From a virus, in IMG/VR virus record IMGVR_UViG_3300045988_010917, positions 1 to 39,984 of that record: a DNA stretch of 39,984 nucleotides, one strand, 5' to 3'. Each line of letters opens with the position of its first letter. The first letter of the stretch is position 1. Both the position numbers and the translations under genes were made by a program. The notes beneath the pieces are model-generated. The model ran no database searches and was not told where the DNA came from. It saw only the letters and a program-made list of their open reading frames with translations. Below are positions 1 through 6,926 of the stretch, in pieces.

Positions 1-141
1 GAGATCATGGATGAGTTGATGGATAACCTCAAGATTGTCAATGAGCGCGTATACAACAGCATCATGCGGAAACTGGAAAAGTGAAAAAAATCCCCCGTCA
101 TTACGGCGGGGGATTTTTTGGGCATACTTCCCCTTCGCCGA
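1..141. repeat. Terminal direct repeat, copy 1. Identical to 39844-39984, most simply an assembler overlap closing a circular genome. Bases 1-84 duplicate the 3' end of the CDS 39628-39927.
   Basis: Read by eye, the first 141 bases match the last 141 bases exactly (gagatcatggatgag...ccccttcgccga). Confidence 0.9.
84..119. terminator. Bidirectional rho-independent terminator. It closes the plus-strand operon ending at 39927 and the minus-strand integrase operon.
   Basis: AAAAAAATCCCCCG (84-97) pairs with CGGGGGATTTTTT (107-119). An A-run lies on one side and a T-run on the other. It sits between two convergent genes. Confidence 0.75.
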
Positions 142-160
142 CGTGAAGGTAAAATATGCC
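121..160. other. Candidate attP core for the serine integrase (imperfect inverted repeat).
   Basis: GGCATAcTTCcccTTC...GAAGgtaaaaTATGCC. The arms GGCATA/TATGCC and CTTC/GAAG are symmetric about roughly 140/141. The repeat directly abuts the integrase stop codon (160-162). Confidence 0.3.
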
Positions 161-1461
161 TAACGCGGCGTTACGAAAAACGCGCCGTTGTCGTCTGCGT
201 CAATCCGCCTGATGAAGCGCGTCCAAAATTCTTTTTTTTCTTCCCGCGAGTATGTATCATATTCGCCCAGCCCATCTTTCAAAGCGTTAAGATCTGTCTC
301 CGGCTTTTCCTCCACGGTTTCCAGTGCCCTTTTCAAACTCGCGTATTCCGTTTTATAATCGTCAAGATCAATCAGATCGTTTAGGTATAGCGTTTTTAGC
401 TTTCCCATTTTTTTTCGTATCGAGTCCGCGCTTTGCGTGGGCTTTTTTTCTGACTTTTTATAGTATCGATTGTTCCGCTCTGCGATTCCTTCCAGCTCGT
501 GTAGCAGGTAGTTTTCCAGCGCATCCTCGCGAATCCTTTTTGTATGCGGGCACGCGGAGTTGTCAAGCATCCGCGTCCGGCATCGGTAGTATGTATATGT
601 CTTTTTTACGGTTTCCGATTGCATCGTTTTACCGCACTCTTTGCAATGCAATATCCCGGAAAACAGATACACGCGATCCGTGTCAACTCCCGCACAGCGT
701 TGTGACCGATGCTGAATAATATCAGTTACAAGGTCAAAGTCCTGCTTGCTTACCAGCGCGGGACAGGCGTTTTCGATTCCGTAAACCTCGCCGATGTAAA
801 GACGGTTACGGAAATAGTTTACATACTTGCTATAAGCCCGGTCAATGCCCCATGTATCAAGCATATATCGCTTTACGGCAAGGACACTTTTTAGCCGGAT
901 GAACGCGGCAAACATATCTCGAGCCGCATCTACCGTGTCGTTATCAATCTGATATTGCCTGTCCTTGATGGCATACCCTAAAGGCGCTTTTGAGCCTGCC
1001 GGTTGTCCTTTTGCCCGTTTCCCATCGTTGATAAATTTGATTCGTTCGCTCGTGCGGTCTGCTTCGTCCTGCGCAACGGAGAGCATGATATTGACTTTCA
1101 AACGCCCTGATGCAGTTCGCGTTTCATAATCTTCTTCCGTCGCCTGCCAGGTCACGCCGTATCGGTCGAGCTGCGTTTGCACATCGTAATACCCCGCCAC
1201 ACTGCGAAACCATCGGTCAAGCTTGATAAATAAGATCGTGTCTACCTTCCCGGCTTTGCAATCGCTCAGCAGCCGCAGGAGCGCCGGACGTTTTTTATAC
1301 GGCTTTCGCGCGGATATTCCCGCGTCCTCATATATGCCCACCACGGTCATTTTGTGTTCTTGGGCATATCTTGTCAGCGCGTCTCTTTGCTCTTGCAATG
1401 ACAGGCCATGCCGTGCCTGTTCTTCGCTCGACACGCGGATATACAAAGCCACCCTCATCAT
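160..1461 (-). CDS. Large serine recombinase (phage integrase).
   Basis: N-terminal resolvase-type catalytic domain (MMRVALYIRVSSEEQ...SLQEQ...). A recombinase domain with a Cys zinc ribbon follows (HCKECG...YYRCR). The C-terminal part is a coiled coil. The start at ATG 1461 follows GGAGGGG and overlaps the upstream stop (ATGA). Confidence 0.9.
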   Translation of the reverse strand: MMRVALYIRVSSEEQARHGLSLQEQRDALTRYAQEHKMTVVGIYEDAGISARKPYKKRPALLRLLSDCKAGKVDTILFIKLDRWFRSVAGYYDVQTQLDRYGVTWQATEEDYETRTASGRLKVNIMLSVAQDEADRTSERIKFINDGKRAKGQPAGSKAPLGYAIKDRQYQIDNDTVDAARDMFAAFIRLKSVLAVKRYMLDTWGIDRAYSKYVNYFRNRLYIGEVYGIENACPALVSKQDFDLVTDIIQHRSQRCAGVDTDRVYLFSGILHCKECGKTMQSETVKKTYTYYRCRTRMLDNSACPHTKRIREDALENYLLHELEGIAERNNRYYKKSEKKPTQSADSIRKKMGKLKTLYLNDLIDLDDYKTEYASLKRALETVEEKPETDLNALKDGLGEYDTYSREEKKEFWTRFIRRIDADDNGAFFVTPR

Positions 1462-1874
1462 AGACCCCTCCAAAAACCGTAATCTGCGCAATGGAGGTCG
1501 ACATACACGCACCACACAGCAAGCATAACCATGATGACAAACATTATAGCAATCACGCAGTTGCGGATGTGCACGCCGCGCCGCATAATCTCGATCATGT
1601 CTTCCTTTGCGTCAACATGACGCTCCAGCTCGTCATTTCGCGCCTGCAAGGTTTCCTCGTTGCGCGTTAACCGTTCGGAAATCCCGAACACTTCGTCCAG
1701 CGATATTCCCAGCGCCTTGCAGATAGGCGCGACAGTGTAGATGGACGGGGCTTTCGACAGTTTTGAGAAAAAATTCTGCACGGTGGACAGCGGAACGCCG
1801 GAAGTGTCGGAAATTTCCTGGTAGGTCAGTTTCAATTCTTCTTTACGGATTTTGCACACCTCTTGGATGTTCAT
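1458..1874 (-). CDS. XRE-family HTH regulator with a C-terminal transmembrane helix.
   Basis: HTH segment LTYQEISDTSGVPLSTVQNFFS. A coiled-coil linker follows. The hydrophobic segment is VIAIMFVIMVMLAVWCVYV. The gene is translationally coupled to the integrase. Confidence 0.75.
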   Translation of the reverse strand: MNIQEVCKIRKEELKLTYQEISDTSGVPLSTVQNFFSKLSKAPSIYTVAPICKALGISLDEVFGISERLTRNEETLQARNDELERHVDAKEDMIEIMRRGVHIRNCVIAIMFVIMVMLAVWCVYVDLHCADYGFWRGL

Positions 1875-2042
1875 TTATACCACCTTAATTTCTTCAATTT
1901 TCGCACATCGAAGTCGCAAGATGAGGGTTTGGCGAACCTCGTTGAACGCTGTCTTATTGCAAGGTTTTGCCGTTGAAATAGTCAAGCAACGCGGAGTATG
2001 GTCAAATCATGCAGCGGCGACCGCTCGGCGCTGTCTGCGCAT

Positions 2043-2076
2043 AGCCCCCGCCGTTGTTGCGGAGACGGCGGGGGCT
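2043..2076 (-). terminator. GC-rich hairpin downstream of the minus-strand zinc-ribbon gene (possible terminator with a weak U-tract).
   Basis: AGCCCCCGCCG (2043-2053) pairs with CGGCGGGGGCT (2066-2076), an 11-bp stem. It lies 5 nt from the stop of 2081-2329. Confidence 0.4.
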
Positions 2077-2080
2077 GTAA

Positions 2081-2329
2081 TTATTTAATAGGCCAAGAAT
2101 TGCCACAGTTCTGGCAAAGGCAAACCTTTTCATTTTTAACAACGGTCTTTTCGTTCCCCTTGCTCTTTTTCCAGACAAGGTTAGACATTCCGAGGGTGCA
2201 GACCGCAGTTAAGCCGCGCGCGGCGTTATTCAGATGCCCGCCGATTCCGTTTCCGTGTTTTTTCGTAGATGTCGACACTTGCTGAATTTCAATCGTAACA
2301 TTTTCGCTCCCGCAATTTGGACACACCAT
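2081..2329 (-). CDS. Small double zinc-ribbon protein (hypothetical).
   Basis: The internal start MVCPNCGSENV follows GGGAGAG. CPNC occurs at the N-terminus and CQNC at the C-terminus. The longer 145-aa ORF in the track looks like an upstream read-through. Confidence 0.6.
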   Translation of the reverse strand: MVCPNCGSENVTIEIQQVSTSTKKHGNGIGGHLNNAARGLTAVCTLGMSNLVWKKSKGNEKTVVKNEKVCLCQNCGNSWPIK

Positions 2330-2424
2330 AATAAATTCTCTCCCATTTTTTGTATTTTCGACCGCACTTTTGTGCGATAATCGACATATAGCCCCGTTAC
2401 TATCATTATTTGGAGGGACACAAA

Positions 2425-2613
2425 ATGTTGTGTAATGACGCAAAAAATGGTACAATAAGCGAAACGGATATTGAAATAATACGAGAGAAAGTGCTTTATT
2501 CTGCGCTATCGCTTGCACCAGAAGAAAAAACCCAGCTTCTAAGATTTATTGAAGGAGGCTTACGCCATGAAAGAACCAACGAAAGCATGGTACATAGACG
2601 CGAAAATGGTTGA
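2425..2613 (+). CDS. Hypothetical small protein.
   Basis: ATG lies 8 nt after GGAGGG. This is a plus-strand ORF inside the minus-strand lysogeny module. It overlaps the next ORF by 47 nt. Confidence 0.35.
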   Translation: MLCNDAKNGTISETDIEIIREKVLYSALSLAPEEKTQLLRFIEGGLRHERTNESMVHRRENG

Positions 2614-2821
2614 CGCAGTAAACCGGTGCATGGACGCAATCCGCGCGTCCGGCCTTTCTGTTGACAGTGCTGAATATCTTCCGGCCTGTTTAGATCAGGC
2701 GATCAGGGCAAGCAATCAGGTTGCTGCGCAAAGCACCCCGTTTCGAGAGACCCATGTGCAGGTAGAAGAAACAAACGGAGGGTATGATGTCACGCCTTTG
2801 GAGCTATTATTTGTTCAATAG
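2567..2821 (+). CDS. Hypothetical small protein.
   Basis: ATG lies 8 nt after GAAGGAGG. The 3' end overlaps the convergent gene 2790-3233 by 32 nt. Confidence 0.45.
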   Translation: MKEPTKAWYIDAKMVDAVNRCMDAIRASGLSVDSAEYLPACLDQAIRASNQVAAQSTPFRETHVQVEETNGGYDVTPLELLFVQ

Positions 2822-3233
2822 CTGCCGATGCAATCCCCTTTGCAATTGTTTCTATCACCGTTAAAGAAACGGAGCCGAATGACCGCAGTATTTTTAATGT
2901 TTTTTTCCACTGCGTTTTCTCCTCAATCGCCGCGATAAATTCATGCCCCTTTGGTGTGACATAGTAAACAGACGGCAGATTGTTGTGGCGGAAGTTTGTA
3001 ACGGGATCAAAATGGAAATCTGTTGCCAGATACCCACTCTCCGAAAGCTGGATAATATGATAAATCAGTGAACCCGCGTTGTACTTATTCAACGGTGGGA
3101 CAAGCCGCATTGAATCTACATAAAGAACATGATAACTTGCTGCGGTATATCTACCAATTTCTTCCGTCTTGATGTATGTATGCTCCTCGCAGAATAGCAT
3201 CAAATCGCGGACGCAATTAGGGTCAAGTTTCAT
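2790..3233 (-). CDS. DUF2513-like protein (winged-helix-like). Possible immunity or superinfection-exclusion partner of the repressor.
   Basis: MKLDPNCVRDLMLFCEEH...YHIIQLSESGYL resembles the DUF2513 pattern as I recall it. It overlaps the upstream repressor-like gene by 4 nt. Confidence 0.45.
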   Translation of the reverse strand: MKLDPNCVRDLMLFCEEHTYIKTEEIGRYTAASYHVLYVDSMRLVPPLNKYNAGSLIYHIIQLSESGYLATDFHFDPVTNFRHNNLPSVYYVTPKGHEFIAAIEEKTQWKKTLKILRSFGSVSLTVIETIAKGIASAAIEQIIAPKA

Positions 3234-3598
3234 TTCTTTCCTCTCTTGCTTTCCAAAAAATCAATATAGCGGTAAATCTCCGTCAATTCCTCCGCAGATG
3301 CGGAGCGAATAAACTGCGCGATTTTATCATCTACGCCCTCGCCCTCTGTGGCGGGGGTTTTTTTTATGCCTGGTTCGTCCGTTTCGCCACGGAGCCATTC
3401 AACGGATACGCCGTGCAATGCCGCGACTTGGTAGAGATAGTTTTTGTATGATTCCGAATTCCCGGCAATCCAATCAGAAACGATGTGACCATCTTTAAAC
3501 CCAAGAGGCCTTGCGAATTGAGATAACGCGCCATGCTTAAAAGCCCCGTTTTCTTTTTTCGGGATTAAAGTCAGGATTCGTTCCAGCGTTGTGTCCAT
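3230..3598 (-). CDS. CI-like phage repressor (HTH).
   Basis: Divergent from a Cro-like gene across an operator-rich region. ATG 3598 is preceded by AGAGGGTGA (the alternative start is GTG 3604). Sequence: LSQFARPLGFKDGHIVSDW...HGVSVEWL. Confidence 0.6.
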   Translation of the reverse strand: MDTTLERILTLIPKKENGAFKHGALSQFARPLGFKDGHIVSDWIAGNSESYKNYLYQVAALHGVSVEWLRGETDEPGIKKTPATEGEGVDDKIAQFIRSASAEELTEIYRYIDFLESKRGKK

Positions 3599-3620
3599 AT
3601 TCACCCTCTAATTTTTGTGC

Positions 3621-3668
3621 AACCATACAAAATGGTTTATTTTAACCAATTCGGTATTGCAAATGGTT
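3621..3668. promoter_or_regulatory. Candidate operator pair in the lysis/lysogeny switch.
   Basis: AACCAT-acaaa-ATGGTT (3621-3637) and AACCA-N15-TGGTT (3644-3668) share the same half-site. Confidence 0.45.
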
Positions 3669-3685
3669 TGAATGTGAGGTATCAT
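3657..3685 (+). promoter_or_regulatory. Candidate sigma-70-type rightward early promoter.
   Basis: TTGCAA (3657-3662), a 17-nt spacer, then TATCAT (3680-3685). It overlaps the second operator. Confidence 0.35.
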
Positions 3686-3864
3686 GTACATAAGCCCACC
3701 GGAAAAGGGTACACGAAAACCAGCCCCCATAAAAGCGGCTTCTTTGCAATGTCTTTTGGCGATTTCATTGTAATACGCTTTCGGGGAAGTGTCAAGTGTG
3801 ATTTCTCATGTTTATGAGGTTTCGGCGGGCATTGAAGTATCACAATGAAGGGAGGACGTGAATT

Positions 3865-4059
3865 TTGACAATGAGAGAGCTGCGGGAACGCTCCGGACTG
3901 ACCCGCGAACAGGTGGCGAAGAAACTGAATGTTGACCTGTCTTGCGTGACGCATTGGGAGCTGGGCGACTGGCGACCGTCGCGGAAGTACCACAAGAAAC
4001 TGGCGAAAATGTACGGCGTGACCGTGGACGATCTGTTTGAATCCAGCGATGGGCAGTAA
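3865..4059 (+). CDS. Cro-like XRE-family HTH regulator.
   Basis: MRELRERSGLTREQVAKKLNVDLSCVTHWELG is a canonical XRE HTH. It is the first rightward gene opposite the CI-like gene. The start is TTG 3865 or ATG 3871, after GGAGGA. Confidence 0.8.
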   Translation: MTMRELRERSGLTREQVAKKLNVDLSCVTHWELGDWRPSRKYHKKLAKMYGVTVDDLFESSDGQ

Positions 4060-4165
4060 AAAAATGCCCCGCCCAATGTTGCGGCATCGAGCGGGGCGGC
4101 GGAACAAATCTTAGGCTTAGATATGTGTCCTGTGCCTATTTTAGCACAGGGGAAAGGAAAAGGCA

Positions 4166-4324
4166 ATGAGTAAAAAGCCGGAGTACAAAATCATTTGGGT
4201 CACGCCCCCTAACCCTGTAAAGCTGGGGACGATCATGGGCGAGATTTACGCCCGAAACAGAGGGCTTGAATTTGTCGGCCTTGTGCCGAACGGCAAGGAT
4301 AAGGATAGCGGAGGTGCGAAATGA
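4166..4324 (+). CDS. Hypothetical 52-aa protein (below the ORF-track cutoff).
   Basis: Hand translation gives MSKKPEYKIIWVTPPNPVKLGTIMGEIYARNRGLEFVGLVPNGKDKDSGGAK. ATG follows GGAAAGGAAAAGG. The stop overlaps the next start (ATGA). Confidence 0.45.
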   Translation: MSKKPEYKIIWVTPPNPVKLGTIMGEIYARNRGLEFVGLVPNGKDKDSGGAK

Positions 4325-4419
4325 GCGTGATTACATTGACGCTGGTGATCATCGGCGCGGCTACGGTGGCGTGGATGTTCGTGAAGCTGGTGGACAAGCT
4401 GGATAGACCCGGCAAGTGA
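4321..4419 (+). CDS. Hypothetical 32-aa single-pass membrane peptide.
   Basis: MSVITLTLVIIGAATVAWMFVKLVDKLDRPGK. A GGAGGTG RBS is present. It has an ATGA overlap with the upstream ORF. Confidence 0.4.
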   Translation: MSVITLTLVIIGAATVAWMFVKLVDKLDRPGK

Positions 4420-4438
4420 GAATTTGGGAGGAATGAAG

Positions 4439-4729
4439 ATGCAAAGACATTACTACGCCATCGTGGCTGAAAGGTGCGGCGTCCGGGTAATTATGCGGTC
4501 GGAGCGCAATGTGGCTGAGGTGGGCGATCTGGTTAGCGGAAGCAACAAGGCAACCGTATATTCCGGGTACAAGGTCATCACAGAGCCACGCTTTGTTTTG
4601 TGCGGAACCGGTGAGGACGATTTCTTGAACGCCCTGTATTGGGGGGATATTCCCCAGGTTTCCAAGGTCACCCGGGATGTGTGGAAGCTGGAGCCGGAAA
4701 AGGAGGATGCATCCGATGTGGACAACTGA
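4439..4729 (+). CDS. Hypothetical protein.
   Basis: ORF in the early rightward operon. ATG lies downstream of GGGAGGA. Confidence 0.6.
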   Translation: MQRHYYAIVAERCGVRVIMRSERNVAEVGDLVSGSNKATVYSGYKVITEPRFVLCGTGEDDFLNALYWGDIPQVSKVTRDVWKLEPEKEDASDVDN

Positions 4730-4910
4730 TCCGGTATGGGACGCGGAGTGCTACGCCGAAGAGCAGGACAGGCAGACCGACCGGCGCCCCGTGTGCGACT
4801 GCTGCGGGGAGCCGATTCAGGAGGATTGTGCATTGCATTACAAGGGTTTTTGGCTCTGTGGTGAGTGCGTCAGCAACAATGAGGAGTATATCGAGGAGGT
4901 TTGGGAATGA
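4716..4910 (+). CDS. Small Cys-rich (zinc-binding-like) protein.
   Basis: MWTTDPVWDAECY...CDCCGEPI...WLCGEC. ATG follows AAGGAGGA. Confidence 0.6.
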   Translation: MWTTDPVWDAECYAEEQDRQTDRRPVCDCCGEPIQEDCALHYKGFWLCGECVSNNEEYIEEVWE

Positions 4911-5110
4911 GCGATAACGGCGTATCTCGGTACATCAAGACATCCGTGGATATTTACTTTCCGGAGGGGCATATGGCGTGTAACCTCTGCCCTCTGCTGG
5001 AAACATATTCCCGCAACCAGTGCAGGAGAACGGGCGAGTATCTGATGGACACAAGAATCATTGGTGCGCACTGCCCGCTGGAAATCATTGACGAGGAGGA
5101 AGAATTTTGA
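4907..5110 (+). CDS. Hypothetical small Cys-containing protein.
   Basis: ATGA overlap with the upstream stop. GAGGAGG lies 7 nt upstream. Confidence 0.55.
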   Translation: MSDNGVSRYIKTSVDIYFPEGHMACNLCPLLETYSRNQCRRTGEYLMDTRIIGAHCPLEIIDEEEEF

Positions 5111-5697
5111 ATATCTACGAGAAGATCGCTGCGATTATGCAGGATGTCCAGTATCTTGCAAAGGACGATCATGTAGAGTTCGGCAGCACCAAGTATAAAG
5201 CCCTGAGTGAGGAGAAAGTCACATCCATCATGCGGGCGGAGCTGCTGAAACACAAACTGGTTGTATACCCCATCGCACAGACGGCCAACCGCACCGGCAA
5301 CATCACCCATGTGGATGTGGTGTACCGGATGGTCAATGTGGAGGCCCCGGAGGAGTACATAGAGATTGCGTCTTGTGGGGACGGCGCAGACACGCAGGAC
5401 AAGGGCAGCGGCAAGGCCATGACATATGCTTTCAAGTATATGTGGTTGCGGACCTTTGCACTGCCAACCGGTGAGGACCCGGACAAGATTTCTTCTGCCG
5501 AACTGGACGAGAAAGAGCGGAACGCCGCACCTGTGTGTGAGCGGTGCGGATCGGACATTGTGTCTGTAAGGAAGCGCAACGGCGAAATGTGGACGGTAAA
5601 GGATATGGTTAAGTATTCCAAGGGCCGCTACGGAGCGCAGATGTGCGCTGACTGCATGAAGGCAGCAAAGAAGGAGCAGGACAATGCTGCAGGCTGA
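5107..5697 (+). CDS. erf: ERF-family single-strand annealing protein (recombinase).
   Basis: Core KGSGKAMTYAFKYMWLRTFALPTGEDPD is typical of ERF. A C-terminal zinc ribbon is present (CERCG...CADC). The TTG start follows GAGGAGGAAG. Confidence 0.8.
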   Translation: MNIYEKIAAIMQDVQYLAKDDHVEFGSTKYKALSEEKVTSIMRAELLKHKLVVYPIAQTANRTGNITHVDVVYRMVNVEAPEEYIEIASCGDGADTQDKGSGKAMTYAFKYMWLRTFALPTGEDPDKISSAELDEKERNAAPVCERCGSDIVSVRKRNGEMWTVKDMVKYSKGRYGAQMCADCMKAAKKEQDNAAG

Positions 5698-6244
5698 TGT
5701 GACCGCCGCCCGGTGGCAGCAGGACAGCGATGGGGCGTGGCTGTGCCTTCGGGTGCAGTCCCCCCGGGCGGCAATGGCCGTGTGCGACGAGCTGCAGCCG
5801 GACAAGCAGTATGTGGCGCAGATCAAGCGCAAGGGCAGGAGCTTGGATGCCAATGCCTATGCGTGGGTGCTGATGGATAAGCTGGCGGCGCACTATGGGA
5901 TTCCGAGGAATGATGTGTATCGGGATGAAATTAAGATCATCGGTGGCGTGAGCGATGTTCTGTGCATTGTATCAAAGGCGGCGGACAAGTTCTGCCGAAA
6001 ATGGGAATCCAAGGGAACGGGCTGGATGGCCGAGCAAGGGCCGAGCAAAATTCCCGGCTGCGTGAATGTGACTGTATGGTACGGCTCCAGCACCTACGAC
6101 ACAGAGCAGATGTCACGACTGATTGACCAGATTGTTTCCGATTGTAGGGAGGCTAAAATCGAGACTATGACACCGCAGGAGCTGGATGCGCTGAAATCCC
6201 GCTGGGGCGAAGCCCAGCCGCTGGGGGGTGATAAAGGTGACTGA
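5684..6244 (+). CDS. NinB/Orf-like recombination mediator (tentative).
   Basis: KRKGRSLDANAYAWVL...DALKSRWGEA resembles the lambda NinB pattern (RSLDQN...KARWG). It lies between ERF and SSB. Confidence 0.4.
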   Translation: MLQADVTAARWQQDSDGAWLCLRVQSPRAAMAVCDELQPDKQYVAQIKRKGRSLDANAYAWVLMDKLAAHYGIPRNDVYRDEIKIIGGVSDVLCIVSKAADKFCRKWESKGTGWMAEQGPSKIPGCVNVTVWYGSSTYDTEQMSRLIDQIVSDCREAKIETMTPQELDALKSRWGEAQPLGGDKGD

Positions 6245-6525
6245 CGAGAGACGGTGTTTCCTGTGCGGCAGAAATGGCGCAAGTGACCCGCTGGAGCGGC
6301 ACCATTAGCCACATCTTCGGAGGCGCGTACCGCAACAAAAGCGAGAAATACGGCCTTGTGGTGTATCTCTGCGGAGAACGATGCCATAGAAACGGCGGGA
6401 ACGCTGTACACCGCAACGGGAATCAAATGCGTCTGCTGCGCCGATATGGTCAGTTAAAGGCCATGCGGGAGCAGGGGTGGACGGAAGATGACTTCCGGCG
6501 AGAATTCGGAAAAAGCTATTTGTAA
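6237..6525 (+). pseudogene. HNH-endonuclease-like gene interrupted by a +1 frameshift at about 6303-6309.
   Basis: Frame A (GTG 6237-6308) encodes MTDERRCFLCGRNGASDPLERHH then a stop. Frame B (6274-6525) continues SHIFGGAYRNKSEKYGLVVYLCGERCHRNGGNAVH. Joined, the two give a CxxC...HH...N...CxxxCH HNH-type layout. Confidence 0.5.
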
Positions 6526-6536
6526 GGAGGAAAAAG

Positions 6537-6914
6537 ATGGTAAACAGAATGATTTTGCAGGGGCGGCTTTGCTCTGACCCCGAACGCAGAGCCACACAGA
6601 ACGGGACAACGGTGTGCAGCTTCCGCGTGGCGTGGAGCGAAAAGGTAAAGGACAGAGAAACGAAGCTGTTCCTCCCCTGTGTGGCATGGCAGGGAACGGC
6701 AGAGCTGATCTGCACCCACTTTGCCAAAGGCAAGGAGATCATCGTGGAGGGCAGGCTTTCCAGCCGGGACTATGAGGACAAGACCGGCAACAAGCGCACA
6801 GTGGTGGAGCTGACTGCCGACAAGGTGCATTTCTGCGGCAGCAAGGACGCTACGCAGAAGCCTACGCAGACCTTCACGGAGATTTCCGAGGACGACGGCG
6901 ATTTTCCGTTCTAA
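6537..6914 (+). CDS. ssb: Single-stranded DNA-binding protein.
   Basis: OB-fold N-terminus (MVNRMILQGRLCSDPERRATQNGTTVCSFRVAW...). The acidic C-terminal tip is DDGDFPF. Confidence 0.9.
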   Translation: MVNRMILQGRLCSDPERRATQNGTTVCSFRVAWSEKVKDRETKLFLPCVAWQGTAELICTHFAKGKEIIVEGRLSSRDYEDKTGNKRTVVELTADKVHFCGSKDATQKPTQTFTEISEDDGDFPF

Positions 6915-6926
6915 GGCGGTGTCACG

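Noticed and set aside
1-141. The terminal repeat as attL/attR, as LTR-like ends of a mobile element, or as a biologically packaged DTR.
   Set aside because: Serine integrases leave only a 2-bp crossover repeat. The repeat cuts through a CDS and its terminator, with no flanking host DNA. An exact fixed-length overlap is most simply an assembler artefact of a circular contig. A true DTR cannot be fully excluded without reads.
118-894. Plus-strand ORFs (88, 131 and 61 aa) opposite the integrase gene.
   Set aside because: They lie antisense to a high-confidence serine recombinase gene. Their sequences are poly-Phe/Ser low-complexity and they have no RBS.
4066-4097. The GC hairpin after the Cro-like gene (GCCCCGC...GCGGGGC), and the similar hairpin at 27615-27635, as plus-strand terminators.
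   Set aside because: Neither is followed by a T-run on the plus strand. Both have A-runs upstream instead, and downstream genes continue on the same strand. At best they are attenuators or RNA-stability elements.
3682-4166. Minus-strand ORFs of 91-141 aa overlapping the switch region and the Cro-like gene.
   Set aside because: Their composition is Arg/Pro/Ser-rich nonsense. They lie antisense to a canonical XRE HTH gene and have no RBS.
4954-5853. Long antisense ORFs: 299 aa here, and also 17575-18570, 18697-19866, 20377-21603, 21491-22708, 24301-25335 and 35598-36377 on the minus strand.
   Set aside because: They lie opposite well-supported plus-strand genes (ERF, MTase, terminase, portal, MuF, capsid, endolysin). 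Their translations are Arg/Pro/Ala/His/Cys-rich and low in complexity. They lack RBSs. They are shadow ORFs typical of GC-rich coding DNA.
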